Below, in pieces: positions 29,106 to 37,720 of a stretch of DNA of 64,000 bases (positions are counted from its first letter, which is position 1; the number at the start of each line of letters is the position of its first letter). The notes beneath the pieces are model-generated. The model did no database searches, was not told where the DNA came from, and saw only the letters and a list, made by a program, of their open reading frames with translations. The DNA is from Pseudomonadota bacterium (GTDB taxonomy: Bacteria; Pseudomonadota; Alphaproteobacteria; Micavibrionales; CSBR16-224). The translations under genes and the position numbers were made by a program. The DNA lies in NCBI GenBank assembly GCA_013285465.1, contig CP053449.1, positions 1,634,735-1,698,734 on the forward strand, given 5' to 3'.

Positions 29106-29537
29106 ATGTGTGGAGATTACTTTAACCTGAAGGCAGGCCGTGATTGTAACGAACCCGAACAGATGGTTTCGGCCTACCATCTGCATATCTACTTTGAACC
29201 GGGCACAGATGCGGAACAAAATGCGCTGGACATTGCGCAGGAGCTGGAAAACCGCTTCCCGCAGGCCATCACAGATTCACATCCTGTCGGTAAAGTCGGG
29301 CCGCACAGTCAGGCCAATATCGGCGTGACGATTACGCCGGACAGCTTTGGCGAGATCGTGTCCTTTTTACAACTGAACAGAAAAGATTTGTCCATTCTGG
29401 TGCATCCGCGCACGGGCGATGAATGGGTCGACCATCAGGACGCCGCCATGTGGATCGGTCCGCCGGTAGATTTCAATGACAAATTTTTCGAACCTCTCCG
29501 TCCGCAGAATAAAAAAACGCGTCCGGGACTGAAGTAA
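29106..29537 (+). CDS. DOPA 4,5-dioxygenase family protein
   Basis: YHLHIYF ... HPVGKVGPH ... LSILVHPRTG pattern. The ATG at 29106 is preceded by AGGAGA. Divergent from the LysR gene. Confidence 0.78.
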   Translation: MCGDYFNLKAGRDCNEPEQMVSAYHLHIYFEPGTDAEQNALDIAQELENRFPQAITDSHPVGKVGPHSQANIGVTITPDSFGEIVSFLQLNRKDLSILVHPRTGDEWVDHQDAAMWIGPPVDFNDKFFEPLRPQNKKTRPGLK

Positions 29538-29574
29538 AAAAATATGCGCCAAGCGGCCAAGAAAATGCTGCGGA

Positions 29575-29600
29575 AATGATGGGCCCATCATTCATATTTT
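29575..29600 (+). terminator. Rho-independent terminator candidate
   Basis: Perfect palindrome AATGATGGGCCCATCATT (29575-29592) followed by CATATTTT. Confidence 0.45.
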
Positions 29601-29659
29601 ATCACCTTCCGTTATGTGCTAGCGTAAAGCAGTCATAAAACGGCCTCAGGCACGGATCA

Positions 29660-30664
29660 ATGTCTCTTAGAACAATTACTTTACTGACAGAGGGAGGCGC
29701 AAAAGCGCCATCCAAAAAACTGACACAGCATCAGGACGTTATCCAGTCATGGTCTTCCCAAAAAATGAAGAACAGCCCGCGTGAAACCCGCTTCCTGATG
29801 GATGCGGAACATATGCAGGATTTCGTTGACCTGATACAGCAGCAATATGGCAGAAAAAAAGATTGGCGTATCATCATAGCACCCGTTGAAACAACCGTGC
29901 CGCTGCTTGAAGAGAAACCGGAACCGGAATATAAAAATGCGAAGAAAAGCTATGGCAGCATTACGCGGGAAGTACTTTATGACAAGATTTTCACAGGCGC
30001 CGCAACCGATATGGATTTTCTGGCGCTGGTTATTCTTTCAACCATTGTCACCGCCATCGGTCTGATCACAGATAATGTTGCCGTTCTTATCGGCGCGATG
30101 GTCATTGCCCCGCTATTGGGACCAAACCTGGCCTTAAGTTTTGCGGTCACGCTTGGGGATAAGGATATGATCACGCGCGCTTTAAAGGCGAATGCCGCGG
30201 GTTTTTCATTAACAATGCTGCTGAGCATCCTTCTCGGCTTTTTTATACCTGAAGCACTCTTTATAGAAAGCAGCGAATTTATCGCCCGCACGGATGTCGG
30301 TTATGGCGGTATCATTCTGGCACTTTCCTCCGGCGCTGCCGCGGTCCTGTCTCTGACAAGCGGCGTTTCCACGACAATGGTCGGCGTCATGGTCGCCGTT
30401 GCATTGATGCCGCCGGCTGTTGCATTAGGACTTTCCTTTGGTTCCGGCCTTTTCACCGCAGCTTATGGTGCCGGTTTACTGCTTGCAATCAACATCATCT
30501 GCGTTAATCTTGCTGCAAAAGCCGTCTTTACATTGAAAGGCATTCGCCCGCGCACATGGTATCAGCGCAAAAAGTCAAAACAGTCCCTGAGGGTCAGCCT
30601 GTTTTTCTGGTTTAGCTTATTATGTGTTCTGATTGTTTTGATTTATCTATGGCATAATTTATGA
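29660..30664 (+). CDS. DUF389 / TIGR00341-family membrane protein
   Basis: Soluble N-domain followed by TM repeats with LIGAMVIAPLLGP and VMVAVALMPP motifs. Confidence 0.78.
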   Translation: MSLRTITLLTEGGAKAPSKKLTQHQDVIQSWSSQKMKNSPRETRFLMDAEHMQDFVDLIQQQYGRKKDWRIIIAPVETTVPLLEEKPEPEYKNAKKSYGSITREVLYDKIFTGAATDMDFLALVILSTIVTAIGLITDNVAVLIGAMVIAPLLGPNLALSFAVTLGDKDMITRALKANAAGFSLTMLLSILLGFFIPEALFIESSEFIARTDVGYGGIILALSSGAAAVLSLTSGVSTTMVGVMVAVALMPPAVALGLSFGSGLFTAAYGAGLLLAINIICVNLAAKAVFTLKGIRPRTWYQRKKSKQSLRVSLFFWFSLLCVLIVLIYLWHNL

Positions 30665-30681
30665 CGTTATTGATGACAGGC

Positions 30682-33600
30682 TTAACCGCCCTCCGCCTCC
30701 TGCAATAGCGCATCTTTCAACACATCGCTCTGCTTTTTATAGTAATCGGCAATATCGGAGAGCTGCTGCGTCGTGTTGCGCATATAAGCAATCTGCTCCT
30801 GCAGCTGCCCTGCCGCGGAGATTTCCTGAACAGGCTCTTGCTGCGGCTGGCTGCCATAAAGCGCCTGAAACAGCCTGTTATTCATCAGATTATCCGGAAA
30901 CGGATTACGCGGTGCGTTATCATGCTCCGCCTGCACAGCCACATCACCGGTTTCTCTTCGTTGCAAAGGACTATCCTGAGCCGTTGCTTGATCCGGTAAG
31001 ACATTTTGCGAATCCGGCGGCGCATCCGGCCCGTTAATATTGTCACGGATTTGCTGTGACAAACCATCTGCACCGTAAAATGCCTGCAAGAAGCCGTCAC
31101 GAGAAGAATCCGTTGCCTGCCGGATCAGTTCATTCTCACCGCCAAAGATATCGGGGCGCAGATTGTTCTGCAAGTAGTCCAGAATACCGAAATAGCGCCC
31201 GCTTGCTCCGCCTGCAGCCGTGTCAAAACCGCGACGACTGCCCGGCGTGCCGTCCGCCGCTCCCTCATCCGGTGGAATAAAGCCGTTGAACTCGATTTCA
31301 TCAAGCACATTCATAACAAAAGCCTGATCGAAAAATCCGCCATTGCCGTCACTGACCCGAATTGTCACATTGTGATTATCCTTTGTTTCAAAATCGACCG
31401 CATCCATCAGACGCAGCATATTGCCCGCAATAGTGAATTTACCGTCCGGATCATTTTGAATGCTGTAGGTAAAGCTGTCGCCCGGCAGATCGGCATCCGT
31501 TGCCGACAATGTTGCAATATCCCCGCCGATCGCCGTCAGCTCAGGCACATCGGTGCCGGACAACATCACCGCCGTCGGAAAATCATTGACCGGATTAATC
31601 ACCAGCGGCTTGGTATTGACGATACTGGTATAGCCGCTTGTATCAGACACGGTAAAGGCGAAACTGTCCGATGTTACTTCGCTGCCGTCATGCGCATAAA
31701 GCAAGCGCCCCGCATCAATATCTGTTTGCGTAAACATCCCGCCAAGTCCGCGTGCCTCTCCCGCGTCCAATGTGCTGTTGCTATTGGCATCAACGAACAA
31801 TGTTCCGGTATCCGGCGCATCCGTCACAGTATAAATGATATGCCCGCCGTAAACGATCTGCGTTTCCGTCTGATAGAATGTATTCGGACTGAAATGATTG
31901 CGGTATTCGGCCGCCACCCATGCGCCGCTGGTTGTGCCTTCATAAACGCGCAAATTATCATACAGCCCGTCGTAATAAAGATTGTTGCGTCCGCCATCAA
32001 AACTCGTCGCCTCCGATCCGTCACCGATAAAGGCATAACGCGTCCCGTTTCCCAGACCTGTGCCGCCATGCGAATTGATATCGCGCGCCACTTCCACCCC
32101 GTCGACATAGAGGATTTTATCCGTGCCGTCATAAACAGCGGCAATATGGTGCCAATTGCCGTCATTGACTTTTACACCGGTGGAATAAAAATCATCAACA
32201 CCCAAGCCATTCCCCGAAGTGGAGAATGCGACACGCCCGTCCCCGTGAATATAGACATTAAAAAATTCACTGCGGTCAAAATCAATCAACGACCAGTTAT
32301 CGTTATAATTTGATACATTCACCGTCGTATTCACCCAGGCACTGACGGAGATTTGCTGCAGCGAATTATTACCCGATAAACCGTAATCCAGCGCAATATA
32401 TTCGGAATTGTTAAATTCCGCCCCGCTGCCGAAAGCGCCAGCAATCTGATTATCGCTGTCAAAACCGTTGCGGCCAAAGCCGTTATGCGCCGCTTGTGAA
32501 CTGTCGCTGACCTGCACATCGAAATCGCTCTCAAAATGCCAAACACCACCATATTCGCCGCGCCATGTTGTTGTCTGGTTGGTTTCGGCGGCGCCCGCAT
32601 TGCCGTAATAAATATAAAAAACCGTATCCGTTCCGGCTTTCAGATCTCCGCGCGTATAAAGCTGCATGCTTTGCGTCGCTGTATTGAATGCCACCAGCTC
32701 ACGGTCAAGTTTGGTCAAACCATCCGCACCGGTCACGACAATATCGGAGCCGTCCACCTTCACATTGCCCCAGAAATCCGCACCGAAGCCTGATTCCGTC
32801 AAGAACAGGGCAAAATCATCCAAATCAGCATCGACCAGATCATGGTCAACCACGATTTTCTGACGATAAGTCCAGCTGTTATCATACCATGCCGCATCAT
32901 AGGATAGTTCCGTATTGGTAATCGCCGTCACAGCCGCTTCATCTGCCGATGTTGTCGTCAACACATCCAATGCAGGTGTGATTTCCAAATTGACCGTATG
33001 CGGTCCTGTCACATTTTCCGCATCGCTGACGGTAAAGGAAAAGCTGTCCGTGCTATTGGCACCCGCACCATGCGTATAGCTGATTTTGCCATCCAGCACA
33101 TCCTGCTGTGTAAAACTATCGCCCACAGACAACGCAGCGCCGCTTAAAAACAACGTGCCGTTGGAGGTCAGAGCCGTCAGCTCGTATAACAATCCGCTAT
33201 CAGGATCATTGATATCCGTTGCCGTCAACACATCCGTTGTTAAAACAAGACTGCCGCCCTGCCCCAGAACGCCGATCCCTGTTTCCACTTGCGGCGGGCC
33301 TTTAAGCCATTTATCGACGATATAATCATTAATGTCGCTAACTTCCTGCGCCGTCAGCGCATGATTCCACGACCAGAATTCGCCGATATTTCCCTGAAAA
33401 TGAGACCCTGAGCCAAGATTGGCATCGCCAACCGGTGTCTGGCTGTCATTGGAATGCCCGATCGTGACATTACCGCTATGTGAGCCAAGCGTATCCACCC
33501 GCGTCAAAACCTGCGCAGGGCCGCCATTCAAGCTGACGGAGAAAGTGCGGTTGTTGATATCGGCATCCGTTGCATCATGCACCGCCGTCACATAATAAAC

Positions 33601-34152
33601 CGTATTTGCCGTGACGGCGCCAAGATTAACGGATTTATAGCGATCCGCCGCCGACCAATAGCTTTCCCCCCATGTATAAACATACAAATCGCCGCCGACC
33701 ATAATGATATTATAACCGTTGGAGCCGCCGCCCTGTTCATACAGCATTTGCGTACCGCTAATATCCGCACCGGTTTCAAACACCATCGCGAATGATTTTT
33801 CACTGTAACTGCCGGTATTGATTTCCGTTGCATTGGCAATATCAAGATAATCGGAGGTGCCGTCAAAATTGATAGCGCCTCTGCCTTCAAAGCCTGCCGC
33901 ATCAAATCTCGGGCGGTTGCCGCCGCTGCTTGCCGCGTCATAATTATTGCCGCTATCATCATCCCAACGGTCGATCAACGCCCCGTCCGCCGGTTGATCA
34001 TTCGTCAAACCGTCACCATCAACATCCAGCGCATCAAAATGAAAAATCGTATTGGCAATCACGGGGAAAGAGGCATCAAGCAACACACGCTGTTCCAGCG
34101 CCATCAGCGTCATTTTTGACGTTTTCGCCTTTTTCTCCTTCTCCAAAAACAC
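30682..34152 (-). CDS. Large extracellular-type protein with two LamG (concanavalin-like) domains, DUF2341 and cadherin-like repeats; no Sec signal and no RTX repeats
   Basis: First LamG: INFDGTSDYLDI...FQGNIGEFWSWNHALT. DUF2341-like: WTYRQKIVVDHDLVDADLDDFALFL. Second LamG: VWHFES...WHHIAAVYDG...YDNLRVY. Cadherin repeat: LSATDADLPGDSFTYSI...HNVTIRVSDGNG. GTG start at 34152, with alternative ATGs at 34113 and 34104. Confidence 0.85.
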   Translation of the reverse strand: MFLEKEKKAKTSKMTLMALEQRVLLDASFPVIANTIFHFDALDVDGDGLTNDQPADGALIDRWDDDSGNNYDAASSGGNRPRFDAAGFEGRGAINFDGTSDYLDIANATEINTGSYSEKSFAMVFETGADISGTQMLYEQGGGSNGYNIIMVGGDLYVYTWGESYWSAADRYKSVNLGAVTANTVYYVTAVHDATDADINNRTFSVSLNGGPAQVLTRVDTLGSHSGNVTIGHSNDSQTPVGDANLGSGSHFQGNIGEFWSWNHALTAQEVSDINDYIVDKWLKGPPQVETGIGVLGQGGSLVLTTDVLTATDINDPDSGLLYELTALTSNGTLFLSGAALSVGDSFTQQDVLDGKISYTHGAGANSTDSFSFTVSDAENVTGPHTVNLEITPALDVLTTTSADEAAVTAITNTELSYDAAWYDNSWTYRQKIVVDHDLVDADLDDFALFLTESGFGADFWGNVKVDGSDIVVTGADGLTKLDRELVAFNTATQSMQLYTRGDLKAGTDTVFYIYYGNAGAAETNQTTTWRGEYGGVWHFESDFDVQVSDSSQAAHNGFGRNGFDSDNQIAGAFGSGAEFNNSEYIALDYGLSGNNSLQQISVSAWVNTTVNVSNYNDNWSLIDFDRSEFFNVYIHGDGRVAFSTSGNGLGVDDFYSTGVKVNDGNWHHIAAVYDGTDKILYVDGVEVARDINSHGGTGLGNGTRYAFIGDGSEATSFDGGRNNLYYDGLYDNLRVYEGTTSGAWVAAEYRNHFSPNTFYQTETQIVYGGHIIYTVTDAPDTGTLFVDANSNSTLDAGEARGLGGMFTQTDIDAGRLLYAHDGSEVTSDSFAFTVSDTSGYTSIVNTKPLVINPVNDFPTAVMLSGTDVPELTAIGGDIATLSATDADLPGDSFTYSIQNDPDGKFTIAGNMLRLMDAVDFETKDNHNVTIRVSDGNGGFFDQAFVMNVLDEIEFNGFIPPDEGAADGTPGSRRGFDTAAGGASGRYFGILDYLQNNLRPDIFGGENELIRQATDSSRDGFLQAFYGADGLSQQIRDNINGPDAPPDSQNVLPDQATAQDSPLQRRETGDVAVQAEHDNAPRNPFPDNLMNNRLFQALYGSQPQQEPVQEISAAGQLQEQIAYMRNTTQQLSDIADYYKKQSDVLKDALLQEAEGG

Positions 34153-34187
34153 GCACTCCTTTTGGGATGGACGACCCTTTGTCTATT

Positions 34188-34206
34188 TTAACATGAACAA
34201 TGTTAA
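34188..34206. promoter_or_regulatory. Palindrome TTAACAT-N5-ATGTTAA between the M50-fusion gene and the LamG gene
   Basis: TTAACAT (34188-34194), gaaca, ATGTTAA (34200-34206). It lies 36 nt upstream of the LamG GTG start. Confidence 0.3.
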
Positions 34207-34249
34207 CGCAGACTTAATTTACCTTTTTTTATAAACAGTTAAGCGGGTA

Positions 34250-36376
34250 TCATAGAGCAGATTCCCGCCCCCAGAATGCCGCCAGTTTCTGCCAGAATAT
34301 CCAAAGCACGCTTTCGGCAGAGCTTTCAAGGCGTACCATCCCCCGCACAACGCGCGGGTTTGGTGCAAAATCTTTGATATCCGCCTCTACGGAGAACTGT
34401 GCGGCATAAAGCCCGTAACGCGCTGTCAGACCTGTTTTTCCGGGAGTTTCATCTGTCGGAATAGCACCGCCGAATCTCGCCGAAAGCTCCGGCCAATGCA
34501 GGGTATCACTGCTGTTCTCTGCCAGTTTATCCAAGCGCACGGGAAAATTTTCCGCAAAATCCGTATCGGGATAAAACAATCCCGCACGACCGAGAGTAAT
34601 TTTTTCTCTTTTGTTTTCATGTATATATCCGCTAATTGTTAATATATCAGGCTGCACCAGAATACCCAACCGCTGCGCAGGATTGATCCAGCGTCCTTGA
34701 TGCATATCCCCCGCCACATCGGTTAATATGCCGGATAAATCCGCCTTGATAACCAGCCTCTGCTGCTGTTCGCGCAAGCCGGACAATTTTTGCGCCGCCG
34801 CCGCCAATTTTTCTGTCAACGGCTCTTGTTCGGGATGGTCGCGGGCAAGAATTTGCTGCTGGTTCCGCAATTTTTGCAGCGATTGATAGTCCAGCTCCGC
34901 CAATGCGATCTGCTGTTGCAATTGCGGCGATTCAATGACGGCCAGAACATCCCCTTTTTTCACCTGTTGCCCCGCCGTCATATTGACCTCAATCAGCTTT
35001 CCGGCAACCGGTGTGTAAAGATGCGTATATGCGGCGCTATGCAGTACTGCGGGAATAGTGATCTTATGCGCACGCGGCATAGTGACCGCCACAAATACGC
35101 CAATGATAACGCACAAACTGATCAGGCTGTGGAGAGAATGGTATGATTTTTGCCGTTGCCGCCACCAGACGGTCACTTCCCGCCAGATTGGCAGAGCAAT
35201 AAACCATGCGATTTCCACAACCATCAGAAAGATATTCAAAGGCGGAAAAAACAGCGCAAAAACCACCCAGGCAATCCCCAAAAACAGGAACAAACGGTAT
35301 ATCCAGAGCGCAAAACCGAAAGACTGAAAAAAGCGCCGCTGCCGCAAAGGAATATCTTCCGGAACATCATCTTTCCAGCCCCATAACATGCGGCGCAAAC
35401 GCCATTTTGCCCAAAGACAGGCACGGTCCTGAAGATTTTCAATACCCAATACATCGGAAAGCAGATAATACCCGTCAAATTTCATCAACGGATTGAGATT
35501 GACCAGCAAGCTTCCGGTAAGAGAAACCAGCGCCACAAAGAAAGCAGTGCTTTTTCCAAGACCTACGGGAAGAAAACGCCACAGTAGCAGCGCAATAGCG
35601 GCCAGACTGATTTCAGTCAACACGCCTGCCGCCGCAATCGCCACACGCTTGCGCCTGTCGGTCAAAGACCATACACCCGTTGTTTCCGTGTATAACACAG
35701 GATAGAGAACAATAAAGGCCACACCGATGACCGGAACTTTGACCCCGTATTTTGTCGCCGTATAGGCATGCCCCAATTCGTGCAGCGTTTTCACGAAAAC
35801 TGTTGTCAGCGCAATCAGCGTAGCGCCTTCCCAATTCAGAATATTCTGAAAGCTGTGCAGAAATTCATCCATACGCTGAAATGTCATCAACAGCCCCGCC
35901 GCCAGCAGACAAAGCATCATCAGCATAAAGCGCTGCGATAATAACGGACGCAGCAATGGCAGGCTGCGTTCCAGAAAATTTTGCGGCTTAAAAAGCGGGA
36001 GCGTTACAAAAAGATAGCCGTGCAACGCCCTCTTCCAAAAAGGTTTTTCCGCGCGCTTAGTGCGCCTCTCATGTTGCGCAGATGACTGCGCTGTATTGCC
36101 TTGCACAAGCTGATTTCTCACCAGAAATACCGATAAATCTTCTACCGTTTCCGTATCGATTGTCAGCGTTGTTTCCGCATTAACAGCCCGGACAAGGTCA
36201 TCCGGCCGGCGGCAATCCGCCAAACGGCGCAGACATTCAAAAGCCGTCCAGCCGATTTTATAAAAGCGGTGTGCCAGCGGATCATAAATAACCCAATGCG
36301 GGGCACCATCCGCACCGGAGGCGGTTTTATCGATTTTTAAATCTTCCCGCAATAACGGCAGATCACCTTTTGCCAT
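34250..36376 (-). CDS. Fusion protein: PqqD/RRE-like N-domain, M50 site-2-protease membrane core and a C-terminal HlyD-like periplasmic adaptor domain
   Basis: HELGH is encoded at 35768-35782 and NLNPLMKFDG at 35474-35500 (the S2P HExxH and NxxPxxxxDG motifs). There are multiple TM segments. The C-terminal lipoyl/coiled-coil pattern is VAGKLIEVNMTAGQQVKKGDVLAVIESPQLQQQIALAELD. Confidence 0.85.
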   Translation of the reverse strand: MAKGDLPLLREDLKIDKTASGADGAPHWVIYDPLAHRFYKIGWTAFECLRRLADCRRPDDLVRAVNAETTLTIDTETVEDLSVFLVRNQLVQGNTAQSSAQHERRTKRAEKPFWKRALHGYLFVTLPLFKPQNFLERSLPLLRPLLSQRFMLMMLCLLAAGLLMTFQRMDEFLHSFQNILNWEGATLIALTTVFVKTLHELGHAYTATKYGVKVPVIGVAFIVLYPVLYTETTGVWSLTDRRKRVAIAAAGVLTEISLAAIALLLWRFLPVGLGKSTAFFVALVSLTGSLLVNLNPLMKFDGYYLLSDVLGIENLQDRACLWAKWRLRRMLWGWKDDVPEDIPLRQRRFFQSFGFALWIYRLFLFLGIAWVVFALFFPPLNIFLMVVEIAWFIALPIWREVTVWWRQRQKSYHSLHSLISLCVIIGVFVAVTMPRAHKITIPAVLHSAAYTHLYTPVAGKLIEVNMTAGQQVKKGDVLAVIESPQLQQQIALAELDYQSLQKLRNQQQILARDHPEQEPLTEKLAAAAQKLSGLREQQQRLVIKADLSGILTDVAGDMHQGRWINPAQRLGILVQPDILTISGYIHENKREKITLGRAGLFYPDTDFAENFPVRLDKLAENSSDTLHWPELSARFGGAIPTDETPGKTGLTARYGLYAAQFSVEADIKDFAPNPRVVRGMVRLESSAESVLWIFWQKLAAFWGRESAL

Positions 36377-36379
36377 CCC

Positions 36380-37720
36380 CTATACTCCCAGAAAGCGGCG
36401 CAGGGAAATCAAGGGTCGCCTGAACAGGCTGTAAGCCAGCAGGCTACGCCCGCCATAAATTTTTGCCGTCCCTGTCAGACCGATACGCGCCGCCTCACCT
36501 CCGTCAAAAGCGGCACGGATTTTATAAGTCAGCAAACCGTCAGCATCCATTGATGACTGATAACTAACGGTTTTCAGATATGCCTGATGTTTTTTCAATG
36601 GGGCAGTATTCAGGAAAAACGCCACCGGTTCCGCCTCGTCAATCGTCAGCATCGCATCTACGGGAACACGGATCAGCAGTTCCGTGTCATGCGGTGCTGC
36701 CAGCATCATAATCTTATCTCCCGTCCGCACAGGGCGGCCGCGCAAATCATTTTTATCGGAAAAAACCGCCACACCGTCACGTGGCGCCGTCATTACAGAT
36801 TGCGCAAGAAGCTGCCGCGCATAGCTTAATTCCTGCTGCCGCAAGGCGATTTCCGCCCGCAGCGCCGCCAGTGCCTGTTTTTTCTCCGGTGCCGTGATGG
36901 ATTCCCGCTCCGCTTTCGCCAGCACAGCCTGCGCCATAATCTGCCGGTGTTCCGCCTCCGCCACCTGACTGCGCAAAGCCGTATCGTCAATTTTTGCCAA
37001 GACCTCGCCCTGCTTGACCAGCGTATTGGGCTCAACCGGTATATCTGCCAATGTACCGTCAAAGGGGATGCTGATGACATAAGGGTCTTTTGCCACAATT
37101 TCCGCCGGTGCCGTCACCGCCAATCTGACCGGCCAGCACAGCACCGCCAATACGGACAGTGCCAGAATTTTTCCTTTCCAACCGCGCAACTTCTTGCTGC
37201 CGCCCTGCGTCAAAGCCTGCATGCCGTAACCGTAAGCATCTGCCAATTCATCCAGCAAGACTTTATCCAAAGCTGCAAAAGCCTCTTCCCGGTCTATCCA
37301 TAAAGCGCCTGTTACATTGCCATTCCGGTCATATAATGCCATCAATGCCGCATTGGCAGAGCACCATGTTTGCCAGTTTTTCTTATCCGCCCCTTCCGCA
37401 TCTTTTGCATCTTTTGCAGTCAGAATGCGTACAGCATCCTCCTCCTGTTGCGGCACATGCCGCGCAATAAAATCCGATAACCACAACAGATAAGGACTGT
37501 TTTTTTCCGTCTCTGTCAGGCCGGAAACCGTTTCAATACCGTTATCCCGCGTCCAGAGTAACGCTTGACGGTAGGGAACAAGACGGTAAGTTTCATTCAC
37601 CATCATAAATGCCAGCTCTGCCGCCGTCTTTTGACTGCGGGACTGCCGTTGCAACGAAAGCAGCAGAAGCAGCTTTTCAGCCTGCGCATCTATTTTTTTC
37701 GGATTTTTTTTACTCATCAC
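36380..37720 (-). CDS. Membrane-fusion (HlyD/RND-adaptor family) protein with a cytoplasmic, GAF-like N-domain of about 175 aa
   Basis: One TM (ILALSVLAVLCWPV), then FDGTLADIPVEPNTLVKQGEVLAKIDDTAL, a coiled coil, and VMTAPRDGVAV. Overlaps the upstream gene by 8-11 nt. Confidence 0.8.
   Translation of the reverse strand: MMSKKNPKKIDAQAEKLLLLLSLQRQSRSQKTAAELAFMMVNETYRLVPYRQALLWTRDNGIETVSGLTETEKNSPYLLWLSDFIARHVPQQEEDAVRILTAKDAKDAEGADKKNWQTWCSANAALMALYDRNGNVTGALWIDREEAFAALDKVLLDELADAYGYGMQALTQGGSKKLRGWKGKILALSVLAVLCWPVRLAVTAPAEIVAKDPYVISIPFDGTLADIPVEPNTLVKQGEVLAKIDDTALRSQVAEAEHRQIMAQAVLAKAERESITAPEKKQALAALRAEIALRQQELSYARQLLAQSVMTAPRDGVAVFSDKNDLRGRPVRTGDKIMMLAAPHDTELLIRVPVDAMLTIDEAEPVAFFLNTAPLKKHQAYLKTVSYQSSMDADGLLTYKIRAAFDGGEAARIGLTGTAKIYGGRSLLAYSLFRRPLISLRRFLGV

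Noticed and set aside
31372-32313. 313-aa plus-strand ORF inside the LamG gene. Similar antisense ORFs occur in dnaE (5669..6505), the kefB-like gene (14090..14905) and the yhiN-like gene (17414..18028).
   Set aside because: These are antisense shadows of strongly supported genes, and their composition is typical of non-coding frames.
30682-34152. Classical RTX/T1SS substrate assignment for the LamG protein.
   Set aside because: No GGxGxD nonapeptide repeats are visible, and there is no ABC transporter or C39 peptidase gene in the window. I therefore kept it only as candidate cargo of the atypical adjacent system.
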